In this document: positions 9,495 through 18,794 of the stretch, in pieces
Position numbering within the stretch: position 1 is the first letter of the stretch
Layout of the letters: each line of letters opens with the position of its first letter
Notes under the pieces: generated by a model
What the model saw: the letters and a program-made list of their open reading frames with translations, nothing else
Databases searched by the model: none
What the model was told of the DNA's origin: nothing
Translations under genes and position numbers: made by a program
Source of the DNA: a virus
Taxonomy: Duplodnaviria > Caudoviricetes
Length of the DNA: 57,950 nucleotides
Virus record (IMG/VR): IMGVR_UViG_3300042879_003295
Span: 1-57,950 of that record
Direction: 5' to 3' (one strand)

Positions 9495-10214
9495 TCACGC
9501 GAAAAAAGCCGATAGTCCCTCCAGAAGAACTTCACTCTCAACTTTAGTATTTGGATTTTTAATCTTAATGGTATGGGACAACTTAGGCATTGTGTCAAAG
9601 AACTTTTCAACGTCTTTAAATTGACTTGATGTTAGAGATTCTACAAATTCTTGCAATTCTTTTTTAGTGCAATCACTTGCCGCCCAAGATTCATCTTCAC
9701 TATAAACTTGCTCAATACAACTACAAATTAGATCGAAAGTATCATCTACAGTAATTGCAGTCTCTGATCCAAAGTTAGCTTTAATGAATTCATTTAACGA
9801 TGGATATCTCATACGAAGAGATAGATTATCATCCAACTTAATGTCTCTAGAATGATCATCAGTTACTTGTACTTTGATTTCATCAAGACTGATACTCTTA
9901 GGAACTTGAGTTGTTCCATCATCAGGGCATGTAATCAAAACATCTACAGATTCACCTACGGACTTACCTCTAATATTTAAAAAGAGATACTCAATATCAA
10001 ACGTTGCTAATTCCTCAACCTTTACACCTTTAGTTTTAATACAATTCGAGATAACCTCTTTAACCGAATTTGCTATCTGCTTTGTATCTTCAGATTCCAT
10101 TGCAAGAATCAGAATCTTTTCTTCTTTAACTAAAAATGGTCTATATTTAATTTTTTGTTTCGTAGATGGAATTTCCAACTCATATGTTGGTGTAGTAATT
10201 GTTGGTAAAGGCAT
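9495..10214 (-). CDS. gp26: Baseplate hub subunit/assembly chaperone gp26
   Basis: MPLP.I.TPTYEL.IPS....IKYRPFLVKEEKIL, FDIEYLFLNIRGKSVGE, C-terminal EGL..FF. Confidence 0.9.
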   Translation of the reverse strand: MPLPTITTPTYELEIPSTKQKIKYRPFLVKEEKILILAMESEDTKQIANSVKEVISNCIKTKGVKVEELATFDIEYLFLNIRGKSVGESVDVLITCPDDGTTQVPKSISLDEIKVQVTDDHSRDIKLDDNLSLRMRYPSLNEFIKANFGSETAITVDDTFDLICSCIEQVYSEDESWAASDCTKKELQEFVESLTSSQFKDVEKFFDTMPKLSHTIKIKNPNTKVESEVLLEGLSAFFA

Positions 10215-10255
10215 AATAACCTATAAAGACTTCAGTAAAAATATTTAGATCTGTT

Positions 10256-11116
10256 TTATAAACTTCTAAAACTTGCTTGAGTTATTTTATTTGCATCAAA
10301 AGATTTTGGCCACTCAATATTTGATGTATTAACACCAGCATCTTTTGCAAATGTAAATTTATCGGCATCTCTATAAAGTTTCGTAATCTGATCTGTACTT
10401 AGATTAGTGATATTTCCATTCTTAAATGCCTCTGCATAAGTTTGATTTTCTTTATTATTGCTTCTATCAAGAGATTCAGCAAGACTGCTGTTTTGTCCAG
10501 CGATATATCTATCGTACATAAAACTTACACCTACTGTCATTATTTGAGAATCTTGATAAGAAACAGAAATTTCATTCATTGACATTGGAAATAATCCAAC
10601 AAAATTGTACTCTAGTTGTCTCTTATAGTCCCTCTCAAACTTAATGATTTTCGTTGCATTTGATTTATAATAGTCAGGATATTGGAATCTGGTAATATAA
10701 TTTTTTCTAGTGATTGGAATTTCTGGTTTTTGTTCTGCAGGAGTAGTCAATGATTGATTGTGCGCCCCACTAGCAATAAACTCCATCCAGTGCTCGAAAA
10801 ATTTTAAAGTCTTATATTCACTATCAACATAAACTTCCATCTGAGTTTGAGTAAACTGACGATTATGTGCTACCTTTTCAGTTATACCCAAATAATCATA
10901 AGCTTCCGCAGTTGCAAATGCAGTTGTTGGAATACTTGCATTTCTAACTAATAATCCTGCTGATTCTGAAATAAATCTTGGATCTACACCACGCTTTCTT
11001 AGATACTCAACTAATGCGACGTTTTGAGATATACCAAACTGAACCAAATAATGGGAAGTTTGAGCTAGATTGGTAAATAATGGTTTAAAATCCGATATTC
11101 TTCGAGGTGCGACCAC
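10256..11116 (-). CDS. Tail tube-like protein (gp54/gp19-like)
   Basis: FFEHWMEFI, Y.F.GLFP.S...I.VSY, V.F.YDRY tube-fold pattern; position between gp4 and gp26. Confidence 0.6.
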   Translation of the reverse strand: MVAPRRISDFKPLFTNLAQTSHYLVQFGISQNVALVEYLRKRGVDPRFISESAGLLVRNASIPTTAFATAEAYDYLGITEKVAHNRQFTQTQMEVYVDSEYKTLKFFEHWMEFIASGAHNQSLTTPAEQKPEIPITRKNYITRFQYPDYYKSNATKIIKFERDYKRQLEYNFVGLFPMSMNEISVSYQDSQIMTVGVSFMYDRYIAGQNSSLAESLDRSNNKENQTYAEAFKNGNITNLSTDQITKLYRDADKFTFAKDAGVNTSNIEWPKSFDANKITQASFRSL

Positions 11117-11156
11117 TCTAAATACCTATTATGAGTGTTTTAGTATAGTTATTTAG

Positions 11157-11594
11157 ATGTCATATAAGGGAAAATACCAACCATCATTTCCAAAAAAGTA
11201 CAAAGGAGATCCAACCAATATCATCTATAGATCTTTATGGGAACGTAAGTTTATGGTCTATTGTGATAAAAATGAAAACATTTTAGAGTGGGGATCTGAA
11301 GAATTAGCATTGCCTTATCGTTCTCCTTTAGATGGAAAAATTCATCGTTACTTTCCAGACTTTTATATCAAAGTTAGAGAAAGTACAGGCCATATTAAAA
11401 AGTATTTGATTGAGGTAAAACCAAAAAGACAAACGGTAGAACCACAGGTTCAGAAAAGAAAAACTAAACAATACATTTATGAAGTCACTGAATATGCCAA
11501 AAACCAAGCAAAATGGAAAGCGGCAAAAGAGTTTTGTGAAGATCGTCAATGGCAATTTAAAATAATCACAGAAGATGATCTAGGTATCAACTAA
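11157..11594 (+). CDS. gp4: Head completion nuclease gp4
   Basis: YKGKY.P..P.KYKGDPTNIIYRSLWERKFM.YCD, HRYFPDF, IEVKP, NQAKW.AA. Confidence 0.92.
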   Translation: MSYKGKYQPSFPKKYKGDPTNIIYRSLWERKFMVYCDKNENILEWGSEELALPYRSPLDGKIHRYFPDFYIKVRESTGHIKKYLIEVKPKRQTVEPQVQKRKTKQYIYEVTEYAKNQAKWKAAKEFCEDRQWQFKIITEDDLGIN

Positions 11595-12025
11595 TGCCAA
11601 GAAAGACTCTAAAAGAAAGGCAAGACGCAAAAAAATCAACAGAACAAGATCTGTATCCTACAGATACTGACGATACAAAAAATCGAGTCAGATCCGTCAT
11701 AGACAATTTGACTGGAAAAGAAGATCCTGATGATATTATGTTAGAACTTTTAGAGGTTTTACAAGAAAGTGGATCTCAACCAAAGACGGGAAGATTTTAT
11801 ATTTTTGTATACAATCCAAAAACACCTAATATAAGGTATGATCAAAATCCTCTCGTAGGTGTCACTGATTTATTTCAATGGGGATTTAGAGGAATCAATT
11901 TTCATTGGGGTCAACCACGTCAATATACTTGGACTGAAGTCGCTGGATCTCTCTATGAGGTGACTCGTTCGGAACTAAAAGATTTGCAGGGTATAAATTT
12001 TGCAAATTTTAGAATAAATAATTAA
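11594..12025 (+). CDS. DNA end protector protein gp2-like
   Basis: FY.FVY.PKT....YDQ.PLV.......GF.G.N.H motif; coupled to gp4. Confidence 0.65.
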   Translation: MPRKTLKERQDAKKSTEQDLYPTDTDDTKNRVRSVIDNLTGKEDPDDIMLELLEVLQESGSQPKTGRFYIFVYNPKTPNIRYDQNPLVGVTDLFQWGFRGINFHWGQPRQYTWTEVAGSLYEVTRSELKDLQGINFANFRINN

Positions 12026-12033
12026 AAAAATAA

Positions 12034-12963
12034 ATGGCAAGGCTAAAAGGATATACAGTATTACGCTATCCTAGAGAGCGATTAGAAGAAGCTGATGACT
12101 ATTTAAAAATTGATGTTGTTAATTATAAACCACCTGGTTTTGGTGCCAGAGGTAGCGAACAGTTTCGTCTAAAATCATCAGATGATCCAAATTCAGATTT
12201 AACAGAAAGTATTAAAACACCTGTTGCATCAGTTTATTTGCCAATACCTCGTCAAATCCAAGACGGAAGAAGCGTAGAGTGGGGTGAAGATAAAATGAAT
12301 TCACTCGCTGCCGCAGCTGCAGGTGGATTGGGCGCATCAATAATGAGTCGTAATCCAGTTATGGATGCACTTGATAAAGTTCTTAAAGGTGGACAAAGTT
12401 TAATGAATGCGGCAAATGATAAGAATACTCAAGATGCCATTGCAAAAGGATTTGCAGCAAGTGCAGTAAATGCTTTAATCGGACAAGAAAACATCGATCC
12501 ATTTGCAGCAGTCAATCGTCAAACTGGTTCTGTATTGAACCAAAACCAAGAACTTCTCTTTCGTGGAGTCACTTTGAGAAGTCATTCTTTCAGTTGGGTT
12601 TTAACACCAAGATCAAAGGCAGAAGCAGATGAAATAAAAGCAATTATTATGCTTTTTAAATCATCAATGTCTGCTAAAAAAACAGGTGCTGTTGCTGACT
12701 CTGGAAAGGGTATTTTTATTCAGGCCCCTGATGTTTATAATCTAACTTATTATAGTGGAAAAAATCCTCATCCATTCCTAAATCAATTTAAAGTTTGTGC
12801 TCTAACTTCTTTAAGTGCTGATTATACTGCAACAGGAGCATATGCAACTTATGCTGATGGAACACCGATTCAGATATCATTAGGTTTAACATTCCAAGAA
12901 CTGACACCAATTTATGCAGAAGATTATCAAACGACCAGAGGACAAACTGGAGTAGGTTACTGA
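12034..12963 (+). CDS. gp48: Baseplate tail tube cap gp48
   Basis: LRYP, LPIP..I.D...V.W, N.ELLF.GV.LR...F...LTPRS..EA, L.F.EL.PIY. Confidence 0.88.
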   Translation: MARLKGYTVLRYPRERLEEADDYLKIDVVNYKPPGFGARGSEQFRLKSSDDPNSDLTESIKTPVASVYLPIPRQIQDGRSVEWGEDKMNSLAAAAAGGLGASIMSRNPVMDALDKVLKGGQSLMNAANDKNTQDAIAKGFAASAVNALIGQENIDPFAAVNRQTGSVLNQNQELLFRGVTLRSHSFSWVLTPRSKAEADEIKAIIMLFKSSMSAKKTGAVADSGKGIFIQAPDVYNLTYYSGKNPHPFLNQFKVCALTSLSADYTATGAYATYADGTPIQISLGLTFQELTPIYAEDYQTTRGQTGVGY

Positions 12964-12964
12964 T

Positions 12965-13612
12965 ATGTCTTACTTTAGAGAACTACCCGATTTAGAATAT
13001 CAATCACCACTAACAGATAGGGTTTCATCAACTCAGTATGTTCGTGTCAAAAATATTTTTAGAAGGCTTAAAATTCGTGATGATTTAAAAGATGTTTTTG
13101 TTCTTTTTAACAAATATACTATTCCAGAAGGAGCAAGACCTGATACTGTTGCAGAAGAATTATATGATAAATCAGATCTCGATTGGGTAGTATTAACAGT
13201 TGCTGGAATTACTAATGTAAGGGACCAGTGGCCATTGAGTAGTAGAGATCTTTATAGATTTGCAGAAGAAAAATATGGTGATGACTTAAATGCTGTAAGA
13301 TTTTATGAAACGACAGAAGTCAAAGACTCAAGAAATCGTTTAATCTTACCTGCTGGAAAAGTTGTAGATGGATCATTTACAATTCTCAATCCAGACAATC
13401 AAACCGAAACACTATATCCCGTTATTGGAATTTCTAATTACGAATATGAAACTCGGTTAAATGAGTCAAAAAGAAATATTGATATTCTAAAGAGAGTTTA
13501 TCTACAACAGTTCCTAACTGATGCTCGTGATATTGCGTATTATACAGAGTCTTCTCAGTATGTTGATCGCACACTGATCAGAACAGAAAACACAAGAAAT
13601 AAAATGGTATAA
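12965..13612 (+). CDS. gp53: Baseplate wedge subunit gp53
   Basis: MSYFRELP, KNIFRR, G.RPD.VA.ELY....LDWVVL...I......WP. Confidence 0.9.
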   Translation: MSYFRELPDLEYQSPLTDRVSSTQYVRVKNIFRRLKIRDDLKDVFVLFNKYTIPEGARPDTVAEELYDKSDLDWVVLTVAGITNVRDQWPLSSRDLYRFAEEKYGDDLNAVRFYETTEVKDSRNRLILPAGKVVDGSFTILNPDNQTETLYPVIGISNYEYETRLNESKRNIDILKRVYLQQFLTDARDIAYYTESSQYVDRTLIRTENTRNKMV

Positions 13613-13634
13613 AAAAGGGGGGCAGTTGCCCCCC
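13611..13634 (-). terminator. Intrinsic terminator after gp32
   Basis: GGGGGGCA/TGCCCCCC hairpin followed by a T run on the minus strand, between convergent genes. Confidence 0.8.
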
Positions 13635-13640
13635 ACTCTA

Positions 13641-14564
13641 TCACTCTTCAGCGAGTCGCTGGAAGTAACTCAGAGTATCATCATCTTCATCTTCATCCAC
13701 TGCAGCAGCACGACGGGTGGGTTGCAGATTGTTGAGTTCAGTACGAAGATCATCATCGAGATCCTTCACAGGACCACGAGAATAGGTCTCTTCTTCTGCA
13801 ACTTCTTCGTCCACACGACGAGAACCTTTAGAACCCAGCACATAGTCAAGACGCTTCTTCAGTTCATCATAGGTTTTAAACTGATCGGCAGCAACGAGTT
13901 CAGAAAGCGAATATTGCTTCTTCCAGATTGCTTCCATTGCATCATCATCGTCCAGCAGAGGACCAGCAGCAGCAAACTCACTGGAATCATAGTTACGATA
14001 ACCAGCAACATTCTTTGCCTTCAGTTTGAAGTTAGCACCTTGCCAGAAGTCAAACGGATCGATTGCTTCTTCATCTTCAAACTCAGGTTGCATTGCAGCA
14101 GTCAGTTTGTCAAAGATCTTCTTACCAAACTTGTACAGGAAGACCTTACCTTCGTTGGCAGGATTAGCAGGATCCTTAACAACGTAGATGTTAGAAATAT
14201 AAGTCAGTTTACGCTTCTGCTTACGTGCCAGTTCCTTACCAGCATCAGTGCCGTTGTTCCACAGTTCGGAGTTCAGTTCCGACACAGGATCCTTCTGACC
14301 CAGAGTAGTCAGGGAGTTCTCAATATACCAACCACCAGAACCTTGGAATGCGTGACTGTAGAGTTTCACGAACGGAAGGTCCTCACCGTTCGGAGCAGGG
14401 AGGAAACGGATTACGGCATAACCATTGCCGCTCTTATCTACATCCAGTTTCCACAGACGGTCATCACTAGAACCGCTGCTTGTATTCATTTTTTCAACTT
14501 CTTTAACCAGTTTGGCAGTAAGATTGCCAAGTTTAGATTGCTTCTTAAGGTCAGCAAAAGACAT
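13641..14564 (-). CDS. gp32: Single-stranded DNA-binding protein gp32
   Basis: DDRLWK...DKSGNGYAVIRFLP, WYIENSLTTLG.KDPV, PFDFWQGANFKLK, acidic C-terminal tail. Confidence 0.97.
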   Translation of the reverse strand: MSFADLKKQSKLGNLTAKLVKEVEKMNTSSGSSDDRLWKLDVDKSGNGYAVIRFLPAPNGEDLPFVKLYSHAFQGSGGWYIENSLTTLGQKDPVSELNSELWNNGTDAGKELARKQKRKLTYISNIYVVKDPANPANEGKVFLYKFGKKIFDKLTAAMQPEFEDEEAIDPFDFWQGANFKLKAKNVAGYRNYDSSEFAAAGPLLDDDDAMEAIWKKQYSLSELVAADQFKTYDELKKRLDYVLGSKGSRRVDEEVAEEETYSRGPVKDLDDDLRTELNNLQPTRRAAAVDEDEDDDTLSYFQRLAEE

Positions 14565-14607
14565 TTGGATTACCTCGGATTAATTGGATTCGGGGGATTA
14601 CTTGGAT

Positions 14608-14636
14608 ATTATAGCAGGGATGACCTCAACGGTCAA
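14608..14636 (-). promoter_or_regulatory. Sigma70-type promoter for gp32
   Basis: TTGACC-N17-TATAAT. Confidence 0.8.
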
Positions 14637-14958
14637 CGTACTGCTTTAAGGATTCGATTGTTTTGTCCATACTCTTAAACAAAATACCCATATCAGTCTC
14701 TGGTGGGAATCCCATCAGGGCAACTGACTTACGAAGATTCTCTTTCATCTCAACCGCTTGTGGATCGTCAGAAAGAGACAGACGTGTATACATTACACGT
14801 TGCTTTTCAAGAAGTATTTGTAATTTTTCAATGTGCTCCAATTTATCTTCACGGTCCATTTTACCAAAGGTGAGAATACTTCCGTAAATCTCCTCTTGTA
14901 ACTTATTGATTTCTTTCAGTTCTTCCTGAATAATATCAGAGTCGAAAAAGTTACTCAT
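14626..14958 (-). CDS. DUF1825-like protein
   Basis: FFDSDIIQEE, LLEKQRVMYTRLSLSDDP.A pattern; conserved slot between gp59 and gp32. Confidence 0.75.
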   Translation of the reverse strand: MSNFFDSDIIQEELKEINKLQEEIYGSILTFGKMDREDKLEHIEKLQILLEKQRVMYTRLSLSDDPQAVEMKENLRKSVALMGFPPETDMGILFKSMDKTIESLKQYVDR

Positions 14959-15541
14959 TTATAATTTCCCGTAAAATTTTTTTAAACTGGAATACGTCAA
15001 TATTTAGAAACGGATTATACTTCTTAATTTTTAAACTGACGGTTTCCCACACTGGGTCCAAAAGTTTCTTGTCAAACTTCTTCCCGAACAGGAAAATTTT
15101 ATCATAAATGCATAGTGTTTCAATACAAATCTTCCCGCTCAGGAAACTTTTGAGAACGGGTGGATGACCTTTGGAACAAGTCAAAACATCTTCTAATTTT
15201 ATCTGAGAGAACAATTCGTTGCTTTGTTCTTTGAACAAGTAAGTTAAACTCTGCTGTCTCCGCATCCAATCTGCGTATGTTCTTTCTCCAGAATTGATAA
15301 TTTCTCCAATCCATAGGTTTTGTGGGTTGTCTGTGGATACAAAGTTTGCAAGTAAAAAATCTACAATTTCTTTATCAGAATACTTACGACTGGTCTTCTC
15401 AAACCAGTATTTGTCCTTTCGTTTATTAAATGAAGTGACTGTTGCTCTGGATTTACCTCCATACTTAAAAAAGTCATATTTACTGTTAGTAAAATGACTT
15501 TTCATAGAAAGATAAGTTTGATATGTCTCAAAAGGACTCAT
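14951..15541 (-). CDS. gp59: Helicase loader gp59
   Basis: Y.TYL.MK.HFT..KYDF.KY.GK, F.KRKD.YWFEK, IETL. Confidence 0.9.
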   Translation of the reverse strand: MSPFETYQTYLSMKSHFTNSKYDFFKYGGKSRATVTSFNKRKDKYWFEKTSRKYSDKEIVDFLLANFVSTDNPQNLWIGEIINSGERTYADWMRRQQSLTYLFKEQSNELFSQIKLEDVLTCSKGHPPVLKSFLSGKICIETLCIYDKIFLFGKKFDKKLLDPVWETVSLKIKKYNPFLNIDVFQFKKILREIINE

Positions 15542-15798
15542 AACGGAAGTTTTGCTTTAGATGTTTTTTTCATAAAGTTAAGACGAATAGCGTCCCACTT
15601 TAATCGTTCTTTTAAGGGTTTTGAAATAAGTTTAGTAACTGATTCTACCTCAAGACTGTTGATTTCACAATAGTGAACAATTGCATCGATGTAATTAAAA
15701 TTTTCTTCTGATACGATTTTTTCAATCTCAAGAGAAAATTTTGATGGGGTTAAAAACTTATTCTCAATCGCCTCTTCTAGTTCTCTATTCGGTTCCAT
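15538..15798 (-). CDS. gp33: Late transcription coactivator gp33 (probable start MEPNRE)
   Basis: FSLEIEKIV....NYIDAIVHYCE.N.LE.ESV.KLISKPLKE.L. Confidence 0.9.
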   Translation of the reverse strand: MEPNRELEEAIENKFLTPSKFSLEIEKIVSEENFNYIDAIVHYCEINSLEVESVTKLISKPLKERLKWDAIRLNFMKKTSKAKLPL

Positions 15799-16465
15799 AG
15801 GCGTTAAGTTTATCTCTAACAAATTCTCTAATATATTTGCTGAGGAGTTTGATGTATTTTGATTTGTCATATTCTTCATAGACGACGCATTCTCCATTTT
15901 CACAAGCCATAATGATTACAAGTTTTTTGACTGAAATACCAGTCAGTTCGTAGAGCATACATCCGTATGCCATACATTGAACAAAATAATGTTCGATCCA
16001 CTCACGTGGTTTTGGTTTTTTAGAAGTCTTAAAGTCGATTATTGATAACTCGCCGTTATATTCAGCAATACAATCAACTGTCCCAGCAATGCCCAGTTGC
16101 TTACTATATAGGGACCCTTCGAGGGCGTAAATATTATTTATACGATTGAGTTCCGTTTTAGCAATCTTAAAAAGAAAATCCGCCATCGGCGCAACAGGCG
16201 GCAAGTCTTTATTGTCAAGATAATTTTCCACAAGAGAATGCATGTCCGTGCCGCGAGAAGTCGCCGCCTTAGTAATCCTCTGCGCCTCATCCTCACCAAC
16301 CTTTTTGCGCCAGTTAATGAAGATTTCACGATTAATATGACTCGTAACAGAAGTGATTGAAACTAGTTTAAGAAGTTCTTCATCGTCTGGAACTTTATAA
16401 TATCGAACACCATCAATAGTCTCCCTCTCAAGTTGAGGGAGATCCAACTCAATATGTTTAAACAT
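15785..16465 (-). CDS. PD-(D/E)XK exonuclease (Cas4-like phage exonuclease)
   Basis: SITSV, RGT.MH, AGTVDCIAEY.G.L.IIDFKTS, YFVQ..AY. Confidence 0.88.
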   Translation of the reverse strand: MFKHIELDLPQLERETIDGVRYYKVPDDEELLKLVSITSVTSHINREIFINWRKKVGEDEAQRITKAATSRGTDMHSLVENYLDNKDLPPVAPMADFLFKIAKTELNRINNIYALEGSLYSKQLGIAGTVDCIAEYNGELSIIDFKTSKKPKPREWIEHYFVQCMAYGCMLYELTGISVKKLVIIMACENGECVVYEEYDKSKYIKLLSKYIREFVRDKLNAYGTE

Positions 16466-17220
16466 TAAAAACCTGATTCCATTTTTGCAATAATGTATTC
16501 TTTGACAAATCCAGAACGAACAATGTCTTCGACCCCAAATTCGATGATGTCAATAGATGGCATTGCTCTTAGAATTTTCATAAAATCTATGATGCCATTC
16601 TTTTCATTTGTTTTTTGTAAATCTGATTGGGTTGCATCTCCACAAAAACAAATTTTAGTATTTTCACCAACACGTGTAATTATACTATCTAATTCATGAA
16701 AATTCAAGTTCTGAAATTCATCCACGATAACAATTGAGTTATCAAGCGTAGTTCCACGAAGGAAAGAAGTGCTCCAGAATTTAATCGTTTCTTGTGCCTT
16801 GAGATTTCCGTAGAGCATCTCAAAGTCAGCATCAGAAGGCATCTGGAACATATACTTCACCATATTCTTGTAAGGAATCTGGTAAATGTCTGCCTTATCA
16901 TCATGACTTCCAGGAAGAAATCCAATCTCTCTAGTTGCAACTAGAGAACGAACAATATAAACTTTTTCATATGGAGTTCTTTCATCAAGAACATCACATA
17001 ATGCATTATAAAGTGTGATGAATGTTTTACCAGTTCCTGCACACCCATAAGCTACTAGATGTTTTCCATTTTCATAAGAATCAAACAGTCGTTTTTGATT
17101 GTCTGTTAAAGGTTCGATATCAACGAGAAAGTCATTATTAATTGGTTTTTTTCTTCTCAACTGCTTAGCAGTCATACCAATACCAATTGGTGAATCGTTC
17201 TTTCTTTTTCTAGTTGCCAT
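16465..17220 (-). CDS. phoH: PhoH-like protein
   Basis: GCAGTGKT Walker A, IGFLPG, FLRGTT, DEFQN, GD..QSD, DIVRS. Confidence 0.95.
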   Translation of the reverse strand: MATRKRKNDSPIGIGMTAKQLRRKKPINNDFLVDIEPLTDNQKRLFDSYENGKHLVAYGCAGTGKTFITLYNALCDVLDERTPYEKVYIVRSLVATREIGFLPGSHDDKADIYQIPYKNMVKYMFQMPSDADFEMLYGNLKAQETIKFWSTSFLRGTTLDNSIVIVDEFQNLNFHELDSIITRVGENTKICFCGDATQSDLQKTNEKNGIIDFMKILRAMPSIDIIEFGVEDIVRSGFVKEYIIAKMESGF

Positions 17221-17462
17221 TAGATTTTCTTTACAGTAGAACCAGGTGCTTTAGAAGCTTTATGTAACACATCATTCCATCCAGGATTACGGCTGATGAG
17301 TTTATCTTTCCACTCACCAACCTCTCCTGGAGTTGCACAACCCTCAGACCAATCCCTTTTCCATTCAGGATTGTCTTTATACCATTGAGTAATATCATGA
17401 ACACTCATTTCTACTACTCTTTTCTCTCCTGTATCAACATGAATAATGGGATAGATTGCCAT
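17220..17462 (-). CDS. Hypothetical protein (80 aa)
   Basis: ORF coupled to phoH; MAIYP.....TGE and GWNDVL.K..K.PGS pattern. Confidence 0.75.
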   Translation of the reverse strand: MAIYPIIHVDTGEKRVVEMSVHDITQWYKDNPEWKRDWSEGCATPGEVGEWKDKLISRNPGWNDVLHKASKAPGSTVKKI

Positions 17463-17488
17463 AAAGTTATCAAATCAAGATATTTTAT

Positions 17489-18121
17489 TTAGACCCACTC
17501 AAGGGCTTCTGAAACTGAAGGAAATTGTTCGGTAAATACCTGCTTACAAGCATTCGCAATATCCATATGCTCTTTTTGAGTTCCGTGAGCAGAACGGAGA
17601 TTGATATAATGTATCCACGACCTGCAAGAGCCAGTCATATAAATCCGTGTGGGAGTTGCCAGAGGCAATACAAACCTAGCACACTCTTTTGCAATTCCAT
17701 CATCAAGCATCTTTTGATAGAGATCCATTGCATGTTTAAAGTGATCCTGCATCAAAATCTGATACTTCTGAATGATATAAGGATCAACGTCATCGATAGA
17801 ATTCTGACGATTCTTTGTATCTTGCCTGCGAAGATCTGGCAGAGGAATATCGCCTAAAAGAGAACTATCGGCATATCGTTGTGAAAACTCTTGAAATGTG
17901 AAGGACCTATGGCGAAGCACTTGAGCGGCGATACCACGAGTTGTCTCAATCTCAAGAGTCATAGAAGACTGCTCAAACACAGACCAATGATTATGCTTAA
18001 TGCAATAAGCAAGCAACTTGGCATAGTTTTGGTTGTCTTGATTCGCAGGATTAGAAACTCGCGCAATATACGCCATTGTTTGTTCTGCATCGGGAGTTAC
18101 CGAAATAAGTTTAACTGTCAT
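17489..18121 (-). CDS. thyX: FAD-dependent thymidylate synthase
   Basis: HWSVFE, RHRSFTFQEFSQRY (RHR-x7-S motif), AKECARFVLP. Confidence 0.96.
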   Translation of the reverse strand: MTVKLISVTPDAEQTMAYIARVSNPANQDNQNYAKLLAYCIKHNHWSVFEQSSMTLEIETTRGIAAQVLRHRSFTFQEFSQRYADSSLLGDIPLPDLRRQDTKNRQNSIDDVDPYIIQKYQILMQDHFKHAMDLYQKMLDDGIAKECARFVLPLATPTRIYMTGSCRSWIHYINLRSAHGTQKEHMDIANACKQVFTEQFPSVSEALEWV

Positions 18122-18282
18122 TTCTTTCCAAATCCTTTTGATGTATATGATTCAATTTCTCTCAACTGTTCTTTTAACTCACGAAGTTGAGACTTTAGTT
18201 CTTTAATTTCTTCACCAGAATACAGGTGATCTTGCTTGATTAGTCTCTCAAGCAATTTAATTAGTTCTTTTCCTCTAGACAT
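18118..18282 (-). CDS. Small coiled-coil protein (54 aa)
   Basis: Manual translation MSRGKELIKLLERLIKQDHLYSGEEIKELK...SKGFGKK; ATGA overlap with thyX. Confidence 0.7.
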   Translation of the reverse strand: MSRGKELIKLLERLIKQDHLYSGEEIKELKSQLRELKEQLREIESYTSKGFGKK

Positions 18283-18284
18283 TA

Positions 18285-18455
18285 TCAATCAGCGTATCCA
18301 TCGTCATCATCATACAATTCATCATAATCTGCGATGGGGGGAATATTTTTCTTAGGGGGAGTGTAAGCAGAAACATCAGAGTATATTTCTGCTTTAAGAG
18401 AGTCTACAAGTAATTCTAAGTTTCTTACAATCAGTTTCAGTTTATCCTTGTCCAT
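18285..18455 (-). CDS. Small acidic-tailed protein (56 aa)
   Basis: Manual translation MDKDKLKLIVRNLELLVDSLKAEIYSD...YDDDDGYAD; packs tightly between neighbours. Confidence 0.7.
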   Translation of the reverse strand: MDKDKLKLIVRNLELLVDSLKAEIYSDVSAYTPPKKNIPPIADYDELYDDDDGYAD

Positions 18456-18624
18456 TGGATTCATTGTAAAAATCAGTTAACCACTCTTTCATTATTTCTT
18501 TCATACCCTCAACTTCATTCGAGGGGAAATACATTTCTCTACCCTCAATTAAGAACTGAGAGAGTTTTAGTTTGATCCCCTCAAAAAATATGTCTGCATA
18601 CTTATCTAAAAGTTCTGGAGTCAT
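18442..18624 (-). CDS. Hypothetical protein (60 aa)
   Basis: First ORF after a TTGACT-N17-TAGAAT promoter. Confidence 0.6.
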   Translation of the reverse strand: MTPELLDKYADIFFEGIKLKLSQFLIEGREMYFPSNEVEGMKEIMKEWLTDFYNESNGQG

Positions 18625-18647
18625 TTTTTCCTCTATTAAGTAGTCTA

Positions 18648-18686
18648 ATTCTACACAAAAAAAGAAGGGGAGTCAACCCCTTCTTT
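18648..18686 (-). terminator. Intrinsic terminator overlapping a sigma70 promoter
   Basis: Stem AAAGAAGGGG/CCCCTTCTTT with T tail; loop TTGACT lies 17 nt from TAGAAT. Confidence 0.75.
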
Positions 18687-18692
18687 ATTTAA

Positions 18693-18794
18693 TCAAGCAA
18701 CTTGTGGTTGCTTTGCCATATTCAGTTGTGCGTTATGAAGAAGTTGTTCCTTCTTTGCTTTTCTTTTTAGATAACGAACGAAGTAAGTATTCAT
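18693..18794 (-). CDS. Small basic peptide (33 aa)
   Basis: MNTYFVRYLKKKAKKEQLLHNAQLNMAKQPQVA; ATGA overlap with the DUF4278 ORF and GGAGG upstream. Confidence 0.6.
   Translation of the reverse strand: MNTYFVRYLKRKAKKEQLLHNAQLNMAKQPQVA

Noticed and set aside
13626-14678. 350-aa plus-strand ORF
   Set aside because: Antisense shadow of gp32, explained by its biased codon usage; no motifs and no RBS
16170-16310. Locally GC-rich stretch in the exonuclease gene
   Set aside because: Short and partly explained by Ala/Arg/Pro codons; not assessable without homologues
15785-16465. Cas4-like nuclease as a sign of CRISPR-Cas
   Set aside because: No repeat-spacer array or other cas genes seen; this exonuclease sits in its usual place beside phoH and gp33
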